This document shows, one piece after another, positions 37,302-47,702 of a DNA stretch of 64,000 bases. The DNA lies in contig DOSJ01000012.1 of assembly GCA_003514005.1 (NCBI GenBank), positions 26,508 to 90,507 of the forward strand, in the 5' to 3' direction. The DNA is from Candidatus Falkowbacteria bacterium (lineage in GTDB: Bacteria > Patescibacteriota > Patescibacteriia > Patescibacteriales > UBA12075). Every line of letters starts with the position of its first letter. The first letter of the stretch is position 1. The position numbers and the translations under genes were made by a program. The notes beneath the pieces were generated by a model, which had not been told where the DNA came from, did no database searches, and saw only the letters and a list, made by a program, of their open reading frames with translations.

Positions 37302-37724
37302 ATGCCTACAATCAACCAATTAGTCAGACAGGGTCGCGTAAAGACTAAAAAGAAAGTCAAATATCCTGCAATGCAAACAACCTTGGACACGCTCCATCGC
37401 AAAAGAACTATTTTGCGCAAAGGCGCGCCTTTTAAAAGAGGTGTTTGTTTAAAGGTGACAACGACTACTCCGAAAAAACCGAACTCGGCTTTGCGTAAGA
37501 TTGCCAGGGTGCGCTTGTCAAACGGTATGGAAGTAACCGGCTATATTCCGGGAATGGGGCATAATCTGCAGGAACACTCAATCGTTTTATTAAAAGCCGG
37601 AAGAACCGCTGATTTACCGGGTGTTCGCTACAAGATTATCCGTGGCGTTTATGATACGCAGGGAGTTGCGAACCGTAAACAATCTCGAAGTTCTTATGGA
37701 GCAAAGCGGGAGAAGAAGAAATAA
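37302..37724 (+). CDS. rpsL: 30S ribosomal protein S12
   Basis: [12 protein letters not shown]...[10 protein letters not shown]... Confidence 0.95.
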   Translation: MPTINQLVRQGRVKTKKKVKYPAMQTTLDTLHRKRTILRKGAPFKRGVCLKVTTTTPKKPNSALRKIARVRLSNGMEVTGYIPGMGHNLQEHSIVLLKAGRTADLPGVRYKIIRGVYDTQGVANRKQSRSSYGAKREKKK

Positions 37725-37835
37725 TATATCAGGTACTTAGGTACTTAGGTACTTAGGCAATTAGGATAAAGGGCAATTTTTTTAATCAACCCGCTCCTAT
37801 GCCCTATGCCCTATGCCCTATGCCCTAATTCAAAT
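37725..37835. repeat. Intergenic tandem words (gtacttag x3; cctatgcc x4)
   Basis: ggtacttaggtacttaggtacttaggcaattagg ... cctatgccctatgccctatgccctatgccctaat. The second array overlaps the ORF-track start at 37806. Confidence 0.7.
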
Positions 37836-38303
37836 ATGAGAGGAAAACAAGCACCAAAAAGAAAAATTGAAGGCGATATCAGATACAATGATACTGATGT
37901 AGCTAAATTCATAAACTATATAATGCAACGCGGGAAAAAGACGGTTGCGCAAGGTATTGTTTATGACGCTTTTGATATTATAAAAGAAGATACCAAGCAG
38001 GATCCGCGCCATGTTTTTAATAAAGCTTTGAAAAAAGTATCTCCACTTTTGGAAGTGCGCGGCAAGCGCGTCGGCGGAGCAAATTATCAGATACCATATC
38101 AAGTACGTGGAGAACGTCGCTTTGCTTTGGGCAGTCGTTGGTTGATTGAAGCCGCAAAAGACAGAAAGGGCAAACCAATGAGAAAAAAATTAGCTGACGA
38201 AATTATTGCCGCATCAGCAGGTGAAGGCGCCGCGATGAGAAAGAAAGAAACCGTGCACAAGATGGCGGAATCGAATAGGGCTTTTGCGCATTTTGCCAGA
38301 TAA
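37836..38303 (+). CDS. rpsG: 30S ribosomal protein S7
   Basis: MRGKQAPKRK...FINYIMQRGKKTVAQ...VRGKRVGGANYQIP. The start is set at the Met after the repeat array. Confidence 0.93.
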   Translation: MRGKQAPKRKIEGDIRYNDTDVAKFINYIMQRGKKTVAQGIVYDAFDIIKEDTKQDPRHVFNKALKKVSPLLEVRGKRVGGANYQIPYQVRGERRFALGSRWLIEAAKDRKGKPMRKKLADEIIAASAGEGAAMRKKETVHKMAESNRAFAHFAR

Positions 38304-38329
38304 ATCGAGTAACTGAATATTGTGAAGAT

Positions 38330-38410
38330 AGTAAATAAAAAATTTCTAATGTCTAATTTCTAATTTCTAATTTTTTTAGAAATTAGTAATTATAATTTAG
38401 AAATTTATTA
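38330..38410. repeat. Intergenic word hairpin (tttctaat / attagaaa family)
   Basis: tttctaatgtctaatttctaatttctaatttttttagaaattagtaattataatttagaaatt. Confidence 0.65.
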
Positions 38411-38444
38411 TTTTATAATAATTAATAAAATTTATCATAACTAT

Positions 38445-40523
38445 ATGCCTCGTGAATATTCTTTAGACAAAACTAGAAATATCGGAATTATGGCGCACAT
38501 TGATGCCGGTAAAACCACATTTACAGAGCGTGTGCTTTTTTATACTGGAAAAAAACACAAGATTGGTGAAACACATGACGGCGCCGCGGATATGGATTGG
38601 ATGGAACAGGAAAAAGAACGAGGTATTACGATTACATCAGCCGCGACTACCTGTTTTTGGAAAGATCACCGTATCAACATTATCGATACTCCGGGACACG
38701 TTGATTTTACGGTTGAGGTTGAGCGTTCTTTGCGTGTTTTAGACGGAGCGGTCGCTGTTTTTGACGGTGCCGCCGGCGTAGAGCCGCAATCCGAAACAGT
38801 ATGGCGTCAAGCCGATAAATACCAGGTTCCTCGCTTATGTTTTATCAACAAAATGGATAAGATGGGTGCGGATTATTACATGAGTTTGAAATCGGTGCGT
38901 GAACGTCTTAATTCAAAGGCGGTTGCAATCCAAATCCCGATCGGAGCGGAAGAAACCATGCGTGGCGTAATCGATTTAATCCATCAGAAAGCTTATGAGT
39001 TTAAGGGTGAAAACGGAGAAAAAATAACCGAGGTTGATATCCCGGAAGATATGCTGGGCAAGGTCAAAGAAATGCGCAATGAAATGATCGAAAGAGTTTC
39101 CGAGTGCGATGATGCCGCTATGGAAAAATATTTGAACGGTGAAGAATTAAGCATTGAAGAAATAAAAAAGACAATCCGCAAAGGCGTAATTGCCAATCAG
39201 ATATTTCCGGTTTTAGCCGGAACGGCCTTGCGAAATATCGCGGTGCAATTGGTTTTGGACGCGGTAATCGATTACTTGCCATCACCGCTTGACGTAAAAG
39301 CGATTGAAGCGACCGAGGTTGACGATATTGAAAAGAAAATCGAAGTTCATGCCAGCGATTCCGAACCCTTTGCCGGCTTGGCATTCAAGATCGCGACTGA
39401 TCCATTCGTTGGCAAGCTTTGCTTTGTCCGCGTTTACAGCGGTGTGTTGGAATCAGGGTCTTATGTTTACAATTCATCAACCGGCAAAAAAGAGCGCATC
39501 GGGCGGCTTGTCCGCATGCACGCGAATCACAGGGAAGAAATCAAGGAAGTTTTTGCCGGCGATATTGCTGCGATTATCGGGCTTAAGTCAACGATTACCG
39601 GAAACACTCTTTGTGATGAAAAAAGACCTTTGCTTTTAGAATCGATTATCTTTCCGGAACCGGTTATCAAAATCGCGGTTGAACCGAAAACAAAAGCTGA
39701 TCAGGAAAAAATGGGTATTGCTTTGTCAAAATTGGCGGAAGAAGATCCGACCTTTAGAATCGAAACCGACGAGGAAACCAATCAGACTTTGATTTCCGGT
39801 ATGGGCGAATTACATTTGGATATTATCGTTGACCGCATGAAAAGAGAATTTAAAGTAGAAGCAAATATTGGCAAACCGCAGGTATCATACCGTGAGACAA
39901 TAAAAAATACGGCCGAGGCTGAAGGAAAATATATCAAGCAGTCGGGAGGACGCGGACAATACGGACATTGCTGGATTCGCGTGGAAGCGCAGGAGCCGGG
40001 AGTCGGCAACCAATTCGTTGACGCGATCAAAGGCGGAGTTATCCCGCGCGATTTTGTACCGGCGATTGAAAAGGGTATTAAGGAAGCGACCGACCAAGGC
40101 GTATTGGCCGGCTATCCGATGGTGGATATCAAGGCGACTGTTTTTGACGGCTCTTATCACGAAGTCGATTCATCGGAAGCGTCTTTCAAGATGGCGGCGA
40201 TTTTCGGATTCAAAGATGCTTGCCGCAAAGCCGAGCCTATCATCCTTGAGCCTATCATGAAAGTCGAGGCGGTTACTCCGGAAGAATATATGGGCAACGT
40301 TGTCGGCGATCTTAACGCCAAACGGGGACAGATCGGGCAGATGAGCGATCGCGCGAACAACAAAGTAATCGACGCAAAGGTGCCGTTGGCGGAAATGTTC
40401 GGTTATGCCACTCAGTTGCGTTCGATGACACAGGGTCGTGCCAGCTATACCATGGAATTTGCCTACTACGCGGAAGCGCCGAAATTTGTTGCGGAAAATA
40501 TTGTTAAAAAATCTGGGAAATAG
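38445..40523 (+). CDS. fusA: Elongation factor G
   Basis: [28 protein letters not shown], and full-length domain order. Confidence 0.97.
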   Translation: MPREYSLDKTRNIGIMAHIDAGKTTFTERVLFYTGKKHKIGETHDGAADMDWMEQEKERGITITSAATTCFWKDHRINIIDTPGHVDFTVEVERSLRVLDGAVAVFDGAAGVEPQSETVWRQADKYQVPRLCFINKMDKMGADYYMSLKSVRERLNSKAVAIQIPIGAEETMRGVIDLIHQKAYEFKGENGEKITEVDIPEDMLGKVKEMRNEMIERVSECDDAAMEKYLNGEELSIEEIKKTIRKGVIANQIFPVLAGTALRNIAVQLVLDAVIDYLPSPLDVKAIEATEVDDIEKKIEVHASDSEPFAGLAFKIATDPFVGKLCFVRVYSGVLESGSYVYNSSTGKKERIGRLVRMHANHREEIKEVFAGDIAAIIGLKSTITGNTLCDEKRPLLLESIIFPEPVIKIAVEPKTKADQEKMGIALSKLAEEDPTFRIETDEETNQTLISGMGELHLDIIVDRMKREFKVEANIGKPQVSYRETIKNTAEAEGKYIKQSGGRGQYGHCWIRVEAQEPGVGNQFVDAIKGGVIPRDFVPAIEKGIKEATDQGVLAGYPMVDIKATVFDGSYHEVDSSEASFKMAAIFGFKDACRKAEPIILEPIMKVEAVTPEEYMGNVVGDLNAKRGQIGQMSDRANNKVIDAKVPLAEMFGYATQLRSMTQGRASYTMEFAYYAEAPKFVAENIVKKSGK

Positions 40524-40582
40524 TTTTAGTTAAGGTGATTAAAAATAGTTATTTATTTAGATAAATGATAGTGGAGTAAAGG

Positions 40583-40684
40583 CTTGAATTAGTTATTATC
40601 GAAGCGAGGACTGTTTGAGTCGCTTCCAAAATAAATAATAAAGAAAAAAGACGAGTTCCACAGCGAGAGAATAACTAATTCAAG
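40583..40684. repeat. 15-bp perfect inverted repeat (cttgaattagttatt / aataactaattcaag) enclosing 72 nt with an inner hairpin
   Basis: Arms at 40583-40597 and 40670-40684. Inner stem gaagcga...tcgcttc at 40601-40626. Confidence 0.6.
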
Positions 40685-40723
40685 TCTTTACGGAACGGGT
40701 TGGTGAGAAACTTTTTTGAGTAT

Positions 40724-40752
40724 TTGACGATTCGACGGTAATCGGTTAAAAT
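40724..40752 (+). promoter_or_regulatory. Candidate promoter (TTGACG-17-TAAAAT)
   Basis: TTGACG at 40724-40729 and TAAAAT at 40747-40752, upstream of the ORF at 40782. Confidence 0.45.
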
Positions 40753-40781
40753 AAAAAATATAAAAATAATTATAAATTTTT

Positions 40782-41267
40782 ATGCAAAGCCAATTACAAA
40801 AAGCCATTGATTTGGTTAGAAAGACCGGCGACCGCTTATTGGTGCTGGACATGGCAAGGCCGGAAAACGCATTTGCGGTCATGTCAATCGACGAATATGA
40901 AAAATTAATGATTGGCAAGAGCGAAGTGCGGGGCTTGACAGAAAATGAATTAGTTGATAAGATAAATCGCGATATCGCTATCTGGAAAAGCGAAAAAGAA
41001 TACAATGAAAATGAGCCGTATCGGGCTTGGCAAGCGCGAAAATATTTAGCGGATATCAGAGAAAAAAAAGACTATATAGACAATTTTGATTTTGATGATA
41101 TAGATGATGAAGACGATTTTGCGGATTTGCCGGATTTTTCTGAGAAATATACGGAAAATCCATCGCAAGCAAACCGAAAAAATCCTTGGGCAATTCCATC
41201 CGATCGCAAAGAAGCGGCTGAAGAAATTATCGAAGAAGACCGCCAGTACCTAGAAGAAATCAGATAA
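40782..41267 (+). CDS. Hypothetical acidic protein inserted between fusA and tuf (weak Phd/YefM-like N-terminus)
   Basis: 161-aa ORF. AIDLVRKTGDRLLVLDMARPENAFAVMSIDEYEKLM weakly resembles antitoxin-fold N-termini. The C-terminus is Asp/Glu-rich. Confidence 0.55.
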   Translation: MQSQLQKAIDLVRKTGDRLLVLDMARPENAFAVMSIDEYEKLMIGKSEVRGLTENELVDKINRDIAIWKSEKEYNENEPYRAWQARKYLADIREKKDYIDNFDFDDIDDEDDFADLPDFSEKYTENPSQANRKNPWAIPSDRKEAAEEIIEEDRQYLEEIR

Positions 41268-41438
41268 AAAATATATCATAAATCAAATATCATAAATTAT
41301 AAATTAATTAAATAAGCTAACGGCTGGTTTCCTGTTAAACAGGATAATAACTCTGGGAATTTTCGATTTACGATTGGCGATTGCAAAAATCGGCAATCGA
41401 AAATCTGAAATTTCTCGGGGGTCGTAAAATCATAAAAC

Positions 41439-42626
41439 ATGGCAGAGAAATTTGAACGCACAAAACCCCATGTCAACGTTGGCACAATCGGCCACGTTGA
41501 TCATGGCAAAACTACCTTGACAGCGGCGATTTTAAAAGTGTTAGCCGCTAACGGCTTAAACGCTTCCAAGAAAGACGTTGATCAAATTGACGCAGCTCCG
41601 GAAGAAAAAGCTAGAGGCATCACCATCGCGACCGCGCACGTTGAATACGAATCAACAAAGCGCCACTACGCGCACGTTGATTGTCCCGGACATGCCGATT
41701 ACGTAAAAAATATGATTACCGGTGCCGCTCAGATGGATGGCGCGATTTTGGTAGTGGCCGCTACTGACGGACCTATGCCTCAAACCAGAGAACACATATT
41801 GTTAGCTCGCCAGGTTGGTGTGCCGAATATCGTAGTGTTTTTGAATAAATGCGACATGGTTGAAGACGCTGAATTAATCGATTTGGTTGAAGAAGAAATC
41901 CGCGATTTGCTTAAGAAATACGAATTTGACGGCGATAATATCAAAATTATCCGCGGTTCAGCTTTGAAGGCTTTGGAAAATCCAACCGGAGAAGAAGCAA
42001 AAGCGATTATGGATCTTATCAGCGCTGTTGATGAATCCATCCCAGAACCGGTTCGTGATTTAGAAAAACCATTCTTACTTCCGATTGAAGATGTATTTTC
42101 AATCGAAGGTCGTGGTACTGTCGTAACCGGCAGAATCGAAAGAGGAGTTATTAAAGTCGGCGAAGAAGTTGAAATCGTCGGTTTGAAAGATACTAAAAAA
42201 ACCGTTGTTACCGGAATCGAAATGTTTAACAAGCAGTTAGACGAAGGTCGTTGCGGAGACAATGCCGGCATTTTATTGCGCGGTACCAAAAAAGACGAAG
42301 TTGAAAGAGGTCAGATTCTTTCCAAACCGGGATCAGTTACTCCTCACACCGAATTTGAAGGACAGGTATATGTTTTGTCGAAAGAAGAAGGCGGACGCCA
42401 CAAACCTTTTTTCAAAGGCTACAAGCCACAATTCTATATCCGTACAACCGATGTTACTGGAGAAGTTGAGTTACCAGAAGGAACTGAGATGGTTATGCCT
42501 GGCGATACAATCACTTTTAAGGTTAAATTGATCAATCCGATTGCTCTTGAAGAAAAACAACGTTTTGCTATCCGCGAAGGCGGAAGAACCGTTGGTGCCG
42601 GAGCTGTTGTCAAGATTATAAAATAA
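41439..42626 (+). CDS. tuf: Elongation factor Tu
   Basis: [22 protein letters not shown], 395 aa. Confidence 0.98.
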   Translation: MAEKFERTKPHVNVGTIGHVDHGKTTLTAAILKVLAANGLNASKKDVDQIDAAPEEKARGITIATAHVEYESTKRHYAHVDCPGHADYVKNMITGAAQMDGAILVVAATDGPMPQTREHILLARQVGVPNIVVFLNKCDMVEDAELIDLVEEEIRDLLKKYEFDGDNIKIIRGSALKALENPTGEEAKAIMDLISAVDESIPEPVRDLEKPFLLPIEDVFSIEGRGTVVTGRIERGVIKVGEEVEIVGLKDTKKTVVTGIEMFNKQLDEGRCGDNAGILLRGTKKDEVERGQILSKPGSVTPHTEFEGQVYVLSKEEGGRHKPFFKGYKPQFYIRTTDVTGEVELPEGTEMVMPGDTITFKVKLINPIALEEKQRFAIREGGRTVGAGAVVKIIK

Positions 42627-42633
42627 GCACTTT

Positions 42634-42658
42634 AAGCTCCCTAATTTTTAGGGAGCTT
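42634..42658 (+). terminator. Hairpin after tuf (aagctcccta/tagggagctt)
   Basis: 10-bp perfect stem at 42634-42643 / 42649-42658. The T-run is displaced by about 13 nt, so terminator function is uncertain. Confidence 0.45.
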
Positions 42659-42680
42659 TGTAGTGAGTATTTTTTACATA

Positions 42681-42758
42681 TTTTGTAGTATTTGAATTTT
42701 ATTTGTAGTATTCGAATTATAATTCGAATACTACAAATAAAATTCAAATACTACAAAA
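42681..42758. repeat. 78-bp perfect palindrome (38-bp arms, 2-nt centre)
   Basis: ttttgtagtatttgaattttatttgtagtattcgaatt-at-aattcgaatactacaaataaaattcaaatactacaaaa. The arms are exact reverse complements, checked base by base. Confidence 0.9.
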
Positions 42759-42800
42759 ATATTTATACTGAATATTAAATTATAAAACTAAATTTAAATC

Positions 42801-43166
42801 ATGTCAGAAGAAAAAGACAGCGTAAAAGCTAAAAGCAAGAATTCCGCGGAAAGCACAGAATTTAAGCAAAAAATTCGCATCAAAATCAAGGCGTTTGATC
42901 ACAAGATTATCGATCAGTCCACAAAAACCATTATTGATACGGCTGAAAGAAGTGGCGCGCAAATTTTTGGTCCGATTCCGTTGCCGACCGAGATTAAGAA
43001 ATACACAGTCAACCGTTCTACGTTTGTACACAAAGATGCGCGCGATCAATATGAAATGCGTACGCACAAACGTTTGATTGACATTGTTGAACCTTCGGCC
43101 AAGACAATCGAAGATTTGACTAATCTTAGCCTTCCAGCTGGAGTAGATGTTGAAATAAAGATGTAA
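42801..43166 (+). CDS. rpsJ: 30S ribosomal protein S10 (with ~20-aa N-terminal extension)
   Basis: [17 protein letters not shown]...GPIPLPT...RTHKRLIDI. Confidence 0.95.
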   Translation: MSEEKDSVKAKSKNSAESTEFKQKIRIKIKAFDHKIIDQSTKTIIDTAERSGAQIFGPIPLPTEIKKYTVNRSTFVHKDARDQYEMRTHKRLIDIVEPSAKTIEDLTNLSLPAGVDVEIKM

Positions 43167-43189
43167 ATTTTTATTTTAATAAATAGGGC

Positions 43190-43218
43190 TTGCATTTTTT
43201 TAAAAAAGAATATATACT
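43190..43218 (+). promoter_or_regulatory. Candidate internal promoter (TTGCAT-17-TATACT) in the 334-bp S10-L3 spacer
   Basis: TTGCAT at 43190-43195 and TATACT at 43213-43218. Confidence 0.4.
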
Positions 43219-43500
43219 ATAAAAGTTATTAGTAAAAAAGTAGAGAAAAAAGTTGATTATTCTTATAACTCCATATTTCAAAGGGATAGTGTAAGATAAA
43301 TTGATTTTTTTTTGAAAGGAAATAATCCGACAAAAACGAACTGAAAAAATATAAACAAAACTTTAAAGTTTTATTTTGTGTTCGCTGGATCTTTCTTGAA
43401 GTCCGGCTTTTGTTTTAGAAAGATAACCTTCACCCCGACCCCTCTCCTAGTCAGGAGAGAGAGGAAATGGAATTAAAAAATATTTTGATATAAGTTCAAT

Positions 43501-44310
43501 ATGAAATATATATTAGGAAAAAAATTAGAAATGACCCAAGTTTGGCAAGGAGAAAAGGTTGTTGCGGTTACCAAGGTTCAGACCGGCGCATGCGTAATTA
43601 CTCAGGTCAAATCTGAAACAACAGACGGCTACAAGGCAGTGCAAGTCGGTTTTGGCGAACGAAAAGCAAAAAATATCAAAAAACCGCAGATCGGACATAA
43701 TAAAGGTTTGGGAAATTTCGCAAAAGTGAAAGAATTCCGTATTGAGACAGATTCTATTGATGGTCTAAAACGCGGCGATACCATTAGCCTGGAAAGTTTC
43801 GCGATTGGTGATAACATTCAGATAACCGCAACCAGCAAAGGTAAAGGCTTTCAAGGCGTTGTAAAACGACACGGTTTCCATGGCTCAAAAAAAACCCATG
43901 GTAATAAAGACCAGGAAAGAATGCCTGGCGCAGCCGGAGCAACCGGTCCTGCGCACGTTTTCAAGGGCACCAAGGGCGGAGGCAGAATGGGCAACGACCA
44001 AGTTACGGTAAAAAATTTAGAAGTAATTGAAATTGATTTTGAAAATAATATCATATACGTAAAAGGAGCGGTACCGGGAGCCAGAAACGGACTAGTCATG
44101 ATTTCCGGAGCAGGGGAATTAAAAGTAACAAGCGTAGCAGAAGTGGTAGATGAAAAGTTAGAAGTTAGAAGTGAGAAGGTAGAAGATAAAAGCGAGAAGG
44201 CAGAAGATAAAAGTGAGAAGAAAGAAGAGCTTGAAACTCCGGAACAAGTCGAGAAGGAAGTGATTGAAGCAAAAGAAAAAGTAGACGAGAAAAAAAGCGA
44301 AACTGTGTAA
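43501..44310 (+). CDS. rplC: 50S ribosomal protein L3 with low-complexity C-terminal extension
   Basis: ILGKKLEMTQVW...GKGFQGVVKRHGF. The tail is EKLEVRSEKVEDKSEKAEDKSEKKEE. Confidence 0.95.
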   Translation: MKYILGKKLEMTQVWQGEKVVAVTKVQTGACVITQVKSETTDGYKAVQVGFGERKAKNIKKPQIGHNKGLGNFAKVKEFRIETDSIDGLKRGDTISLESFAIGDNIQITATSKGKGFQGVVKRHGFHGSKKTHGNKDQERMPGAAGATGPAHVFKGTKGGGRMGNDQVTVKNLEVIEIDFENNIIYVKGAVPGARNGLVMISGAGELKVTSVAEVVDEKLEVRSEKVEDKSEKAEDKSEKKEELETPEQVEKEVIEAKEKVDEKKSETV

Positions 44311-44367
44311 ACATTTCAGCGTGAATCCGCGTATAGATCCGCGTGAATCCGCGATTAAAAAAATAGT

Positions 44368-45078
44368 ATGGCAATTAAAATAAATATATACAATCAAAAG
44401 GCGGAAAATGTCGGACAGATGGAAATTTCAAATAAAGTTCTTAATGTCGAGATAAACGAAGGTTTGGTTCATCAGGCTATGGTAGCGCAGATGGCGAATG
44501 AACGCCAAGTTTTGGCGCACACCAAAGATCGTTCCGAGGTTTCCGGGGGAGGCAAAAAACCGTGGCGCCAAAAAGGTACAGGCCGCGCACGCTCAGGGTC
44601 TAGCCGTTCACCGATTTGGATTGGCGGCGGAATCACATTTGGACCACGCAGTGATCGGAATTTCAAAAAAGACCTTAATCGAAAAATGAAACAGAAAGCG
44701 CTATGCATGGTTATGACTGACAAAGTAAAAGAAGATAATTTTATCGTTTTAGATAAATTTGAAATAAAAGAATACAAAACCAAGCAGGTTAATGAAATTT
44801 TGAAAGCATTGGAAAAAACCAGAAAACCGGTAGAAACAAGTCCAGCAAAAGAGAAAAAATCTGAAAAAAAATCTGAAAAACCCGCTGTAAAAAAATTAAA
44901 ACGCAGTATACTAGTGATTAATGATGAAAAAACAAGCGAAGTGAAGTATTCATTCAGAAATTTAAGCGGAGTAAAGATGATAAACTTGGAAAATATCAAT
45001 ATTGTCGATTTATTAAAATATAAGGAATTGATAATTACCCAAGAAGGATTAAAGAAGATCGAAGAGCGCTATAAATAA
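44368..45078 (+). CDS. rplD: 50S ribosomal protein L4
   Basis: GGGKKPWRQKGTGRARSGSSRSPIWIGGGITFGP. Confidence 0.95.
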   Translation: MAIKINIYNQKAENVGQMEISNKVLNVEINEGLVHQAMVAQMANERQVLAHTKDRSEVSGGGKKPWRQKGTGRARSGSSRSPIWIGGGITFGPRSDRNFKKDLNRKMKQKALCMVMTDKVKEDNFIVLDKFEIKEYKTKQVNEILKALEKTRKPVETSPAKEKKSEKKSEKPAVKKLKRSILVINDEKTSEVKYSFRNLSGVKMINLENINIVDLLKYKELIITQEGLKKIEERYK

Positions 45079-45112
45079 ACAGCAATTTTTTAAAAAAATT
45101 AAACCAAATACG

Positions 45113-45574
45113 ATGAAGATATTCAATAAGGAAAAAACTGAAAATAAAGAAAAGAAACCAAGCGTTAAAAAGACTGCCAAACCTTTGGATACCGCAAAAA
45201 CCAGCATGAAAGATTTGTATGCTGGTGATGTGCCAAAGTTGGTTGTTGGCGGCGCTAAGAAAGACGCGAAAGGCAAAACCGTAAAACGGGGCAATGCTTA
45301 TCGTATCTTGGTCAAACCACTGATTACCGAGAAGGCATCGCATATGGGCGCGATAAATAAATATTTTTTCGCGGTTTCCAATAAAGCAAATAAGATTGAA
45401 ATAACAGAAGCAGTATTTGAGACATACGGCATCAAACCGACTGCCGTGAATATCATTAATTTGCTTGGCAAACAGAAGCGTAGTGGCAGAATCAGTGGAA
45501 AAAGAAAGGATTGGAAAAAAGCGATAGTCACTTTACCAAAAGGACAAACTATAAATTTATACGAAGGAGTTTAA
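45113..45574 (+). CDS. rplW: 50S ribosomal protein L23 (long N-terminal extension; start uncertain)
   Basis: ILVKPLITEKAS...YFFAVSNKANKIEI...VNIIN. Confidence 0.9.
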   Translation: MKIFNKEKTENKEKKPSVKKTAKPLDTAKTSMKDLYAGDVPKLVVGGAKKDAKGKTVKRGNAYRILVKPLITEKASHMGAINKYFFAVSNKANKIEITEAVFETYGIKPTAVNIINLLGKQKRSGRISGKRKDWKKAIVTLPKGQTINLYEGV

Positions 45575-45672
45575 TAATTTTCGATTTCCGATTTTCGCAT
45601 GCCTGCCGGCAGGCAGGATTTCCGATTTTTTTAAAAATCGGCATTCGACATTCGGCAATCGACATTTAAAAA
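45575..45672. repeat. Intergenic word hairpin (cgattttcg / cgaaaatcg family) with a gcctgccggcaggc core
   Basis: ttttcgatttccgattttcgcatgcctgccggcaggcaggatttccgattttt...aaaatcggcattcgacattcggcaatcgacatt. Confidence 0.6.
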
Positions 45673-46515
45673 ATGGGTATCAAGCATGTAAAACCGACAA
45701 CAGCAGGACGGCGTCAAGCAAAATTTGATGATTTTTCAGATATTACAAAAACGATTCCGGAAAAAAGATTGGTAATCGCCAAAAAAAGAAGTGGCGGACG
45801 AAACGCGCAAGGAAAAATAACCGTAAGACACAGAGGCGGCGGCGCAAAACGCGGCATCAGAGTTGTTGACTATATCCGTGATAAATTTGACATACCGGCT
45901 CGTGTTGCGGCTATTGAGTACGATCCAAATCGTGGCGCGCGGCTTGCTTTATTGAATTATAAGGATGGAGAAAAGCGCTATATCGTTTCACCGATTGATT
46001 TGAAAGTCGGCGATGAAATCCTAAGTTCCAACAAGAAGATAGAAATCAAGAAAGGCAACGCTATGCCAGTGGAATATATCCCGGCAGGTGTACCGATCTA
46101 TAATCTAGAAATGATACCCGGACGTGGCGGACGCATCGCGCGCGGAGCAGGAAATTCCGTTTCGGTCATGGGTGTAGAAAAAGAATTCGCGCAGGTGAAG
46201 TTGCCATCTGGAGAAATCCGTTTGATCAACAAGAATTGTTTATGCACGGTCGGACAGGCAAGCAACCCGGATAAAAGACATATCAAATTAGGCAGTGCCG
46301 GCAGAAAAAGACATTTGGGCATTCGTCCGACTGTCCGTGGAACAGTAATGAATCCGGTAGATCATCCGCACGGCGGCGGTGAAGGCAACCAATCAATCGG
46401 CTTAAAACATCCGAAAACACCATGGGGCAAGCCGGCATTGGGAGTCAAGACCAGAAGAAAGAAAAAAGCATCAGGAAAGTTTATTATCGCTAGAAGAGGA
46501 AAGAAAAGAAAGTAA
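45673..46515 (+). CDS. rplB: 50S ribosomal protein L2
   Basis: RHRGGGAKR...NPVDHPHGGGEG. Confidence 0.97.
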   Translation: MGIKHVKPTTAGRRQAKFDDFSDITKTIPEKRLVIAKKRSGGRNAQGKITVRHRGGGAKRGIRVVDYIRDKFDIPARVAAIEYDPNRGARLALLNYKDGEKRYIVSPIDLKVGDEILSSNKKIEIKKGNAMPVEYIPAGVPIYNLEMIPGRGGRIARGAGNSVSVMGVEKEFAQVKLPSGEIRLINKNCLCTVGQASNPDKRHIKLGSAGRKRHLGIRPTVRGTVMNPVDHPHGGGEGNQSIGLKHPKTPWGKPALGVKTRRKKKASGKFIIARRGKKRK

Positions 46516-46609
46516 TTAATTAGTTAATTAGTTAATTAGTTAATTAGTTTGAAGATAGTGAAAAAGAAAAGCATTTTAAACACTAATCACTAATTAACTA
46601 ATCACTAAC
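46513..46609. repeat. Intergenic word hairpin (ttagttaattag family)
   Basis: taattaattagttaattagttaattagttaattagtt ... cactaatcactaattaactaatcactaac. Confidence 0.65.
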
Positions 46610-46611
46610 AT

Positions 46612-46893
46612 ATGCCAAGATCACTGAAAAAAGGTCCGTATGTAAATGAGCGGATTATTAATAAAATAAAAAATCTGAAAGCAGACGACAAATCGATTAT
46701 CAAGGTTTGGGATCGGGCTTGTACGGTAACTCCGGAGATGGTTGGTTTTACTATGGGCGTGCATAATGGCAGAAAGCATGAACCAGTGCATATTGTTGAA
46801 AATATGGTTGGACATAAATTGGGAGAATTCGCGGCGACCAGAAAATTTGTCGGTCACGGCGGTAAAAAAGCCAAAGAACAGAAAAAAGGATAA
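46612..46893 (+). CDS. rpsS: 30S ribosomal protein S19
   Basis: PRSLKKGPY...HNGRKH.PV.I...MVGHKLGEF. Confidence 0.96.
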   Translation: MPRSLKKGPYVNERIINKIKNLKADDKSIIKVWDRACTVTPEMVGFTMGVHNGRKHEPVHIVENMVGHKLGEFAATRKFVGHGGKKAKEQKKG

Positions 46894-46973
46894 ATATATT
46901 TACGATTTCCGATTTCCGATTTCCGAATAAATAATAATTCGAAAATCGACAATCGGCATTCGACATTAGAAAA
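46894..46973. repeat. Intergenic word hairpin (cgatttccg / cgaaaatcg family)
   Basis: tacgatttccgatttccgatttccgaataaataataattcgaaaatcgacaatcggcattcgacatt. Confidence 0.6.
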
Positions 46974-47546
46974 ATGGAAGTTAAAGCATCAGCAAAAACT
47001 ATAAAAATAGCTCCGCGCAAGACTAGACTGCTTGCCGGTCTTATTCGCGGCTTAACAGCGGAAAAAGCCGGAGATCAATTGCGTTTTTCCGGAAAGAAGG
47101 CCGCATCACCGATGATCAAGTTGCTTAATTCGGCGGTGGCGAACGCGGAAAATAATTTTGAATTGAAAAAAGATAACTTGTTTGTAAGAGAAATAAGAGT
47201 TGATGAGGGTGTAACTATGAAACGATGGGCGCCGAAAGCCAGAGGAAGAGCGACTCCACTCCGAAAAAGAACCAGCCACATCCATATCACTTTGGGAGAA
47301 CTGGTAGATAGCGGAAAAGTTGCCGGCAAAAAAGGGAAAATCGAGGCTCCGATCAAGCTGGATGCCAGAGTGAAAGAAGCGGAAGGCGTAAAGATCACCC
47401 CGAAAAAAGACACTGCCAAAGAGACGATAAAAAAAGAAGGCGAAACAAAGAAAATAATCGATCCGCGCGGAGAAGGCAGAGGCAAGAATACGAAGATTGA
47501 GGGCAAAGGTTTTGCTAGTCGGATATTTAGAAGAAAGTCAGGTTAA
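46974..47546 (+). CDS. rplV: 50S ribosomal protein L22 with ~70-aa basic C-terminal extension
   Basis: KIAPRKTRLLAGLIRG...ANAENN...RWAPKARGRA. Confidence 0.94.
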   Translation: MEVKASAKTIKIAPRKTRLLAGLIRGLTAEKAGDQLRFSGKKAASPMIKLLNSAVANAENNFELKKDNLFVREIRVDEGVTMKRWAPKARGRATPLRKRTSHIHITLGELVDSGKVAGKKGKIEAPIKLDARVKEAEGVKITPKKDTAKETIKKEGETKKIIDPRGEGRGKNTKIEGKGFASRIFRRKSG

Positions 47547-47640
47547 AGTTATTAGTTAGTTAGTGATTAGTTGATTAGGAAGGCGTGTGATTGTATAAAA
47601 ATTTCTGCCTGATTAACTAATTACTAATTAACATAATGTT
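47547..47640. repeat. Intergenic word hairpin (ttagttgattag family)
   Basis: attagttagttagtgattagttgattagg ... cctgattaactaattactaattaac. Confidence 0.6.
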
Positions 47641-47702
47641 TTAGTAAACTATCTATAAATAATAGAGCGAAAATTTAAGAATAATAACACAAAACCAACA
47701 AC

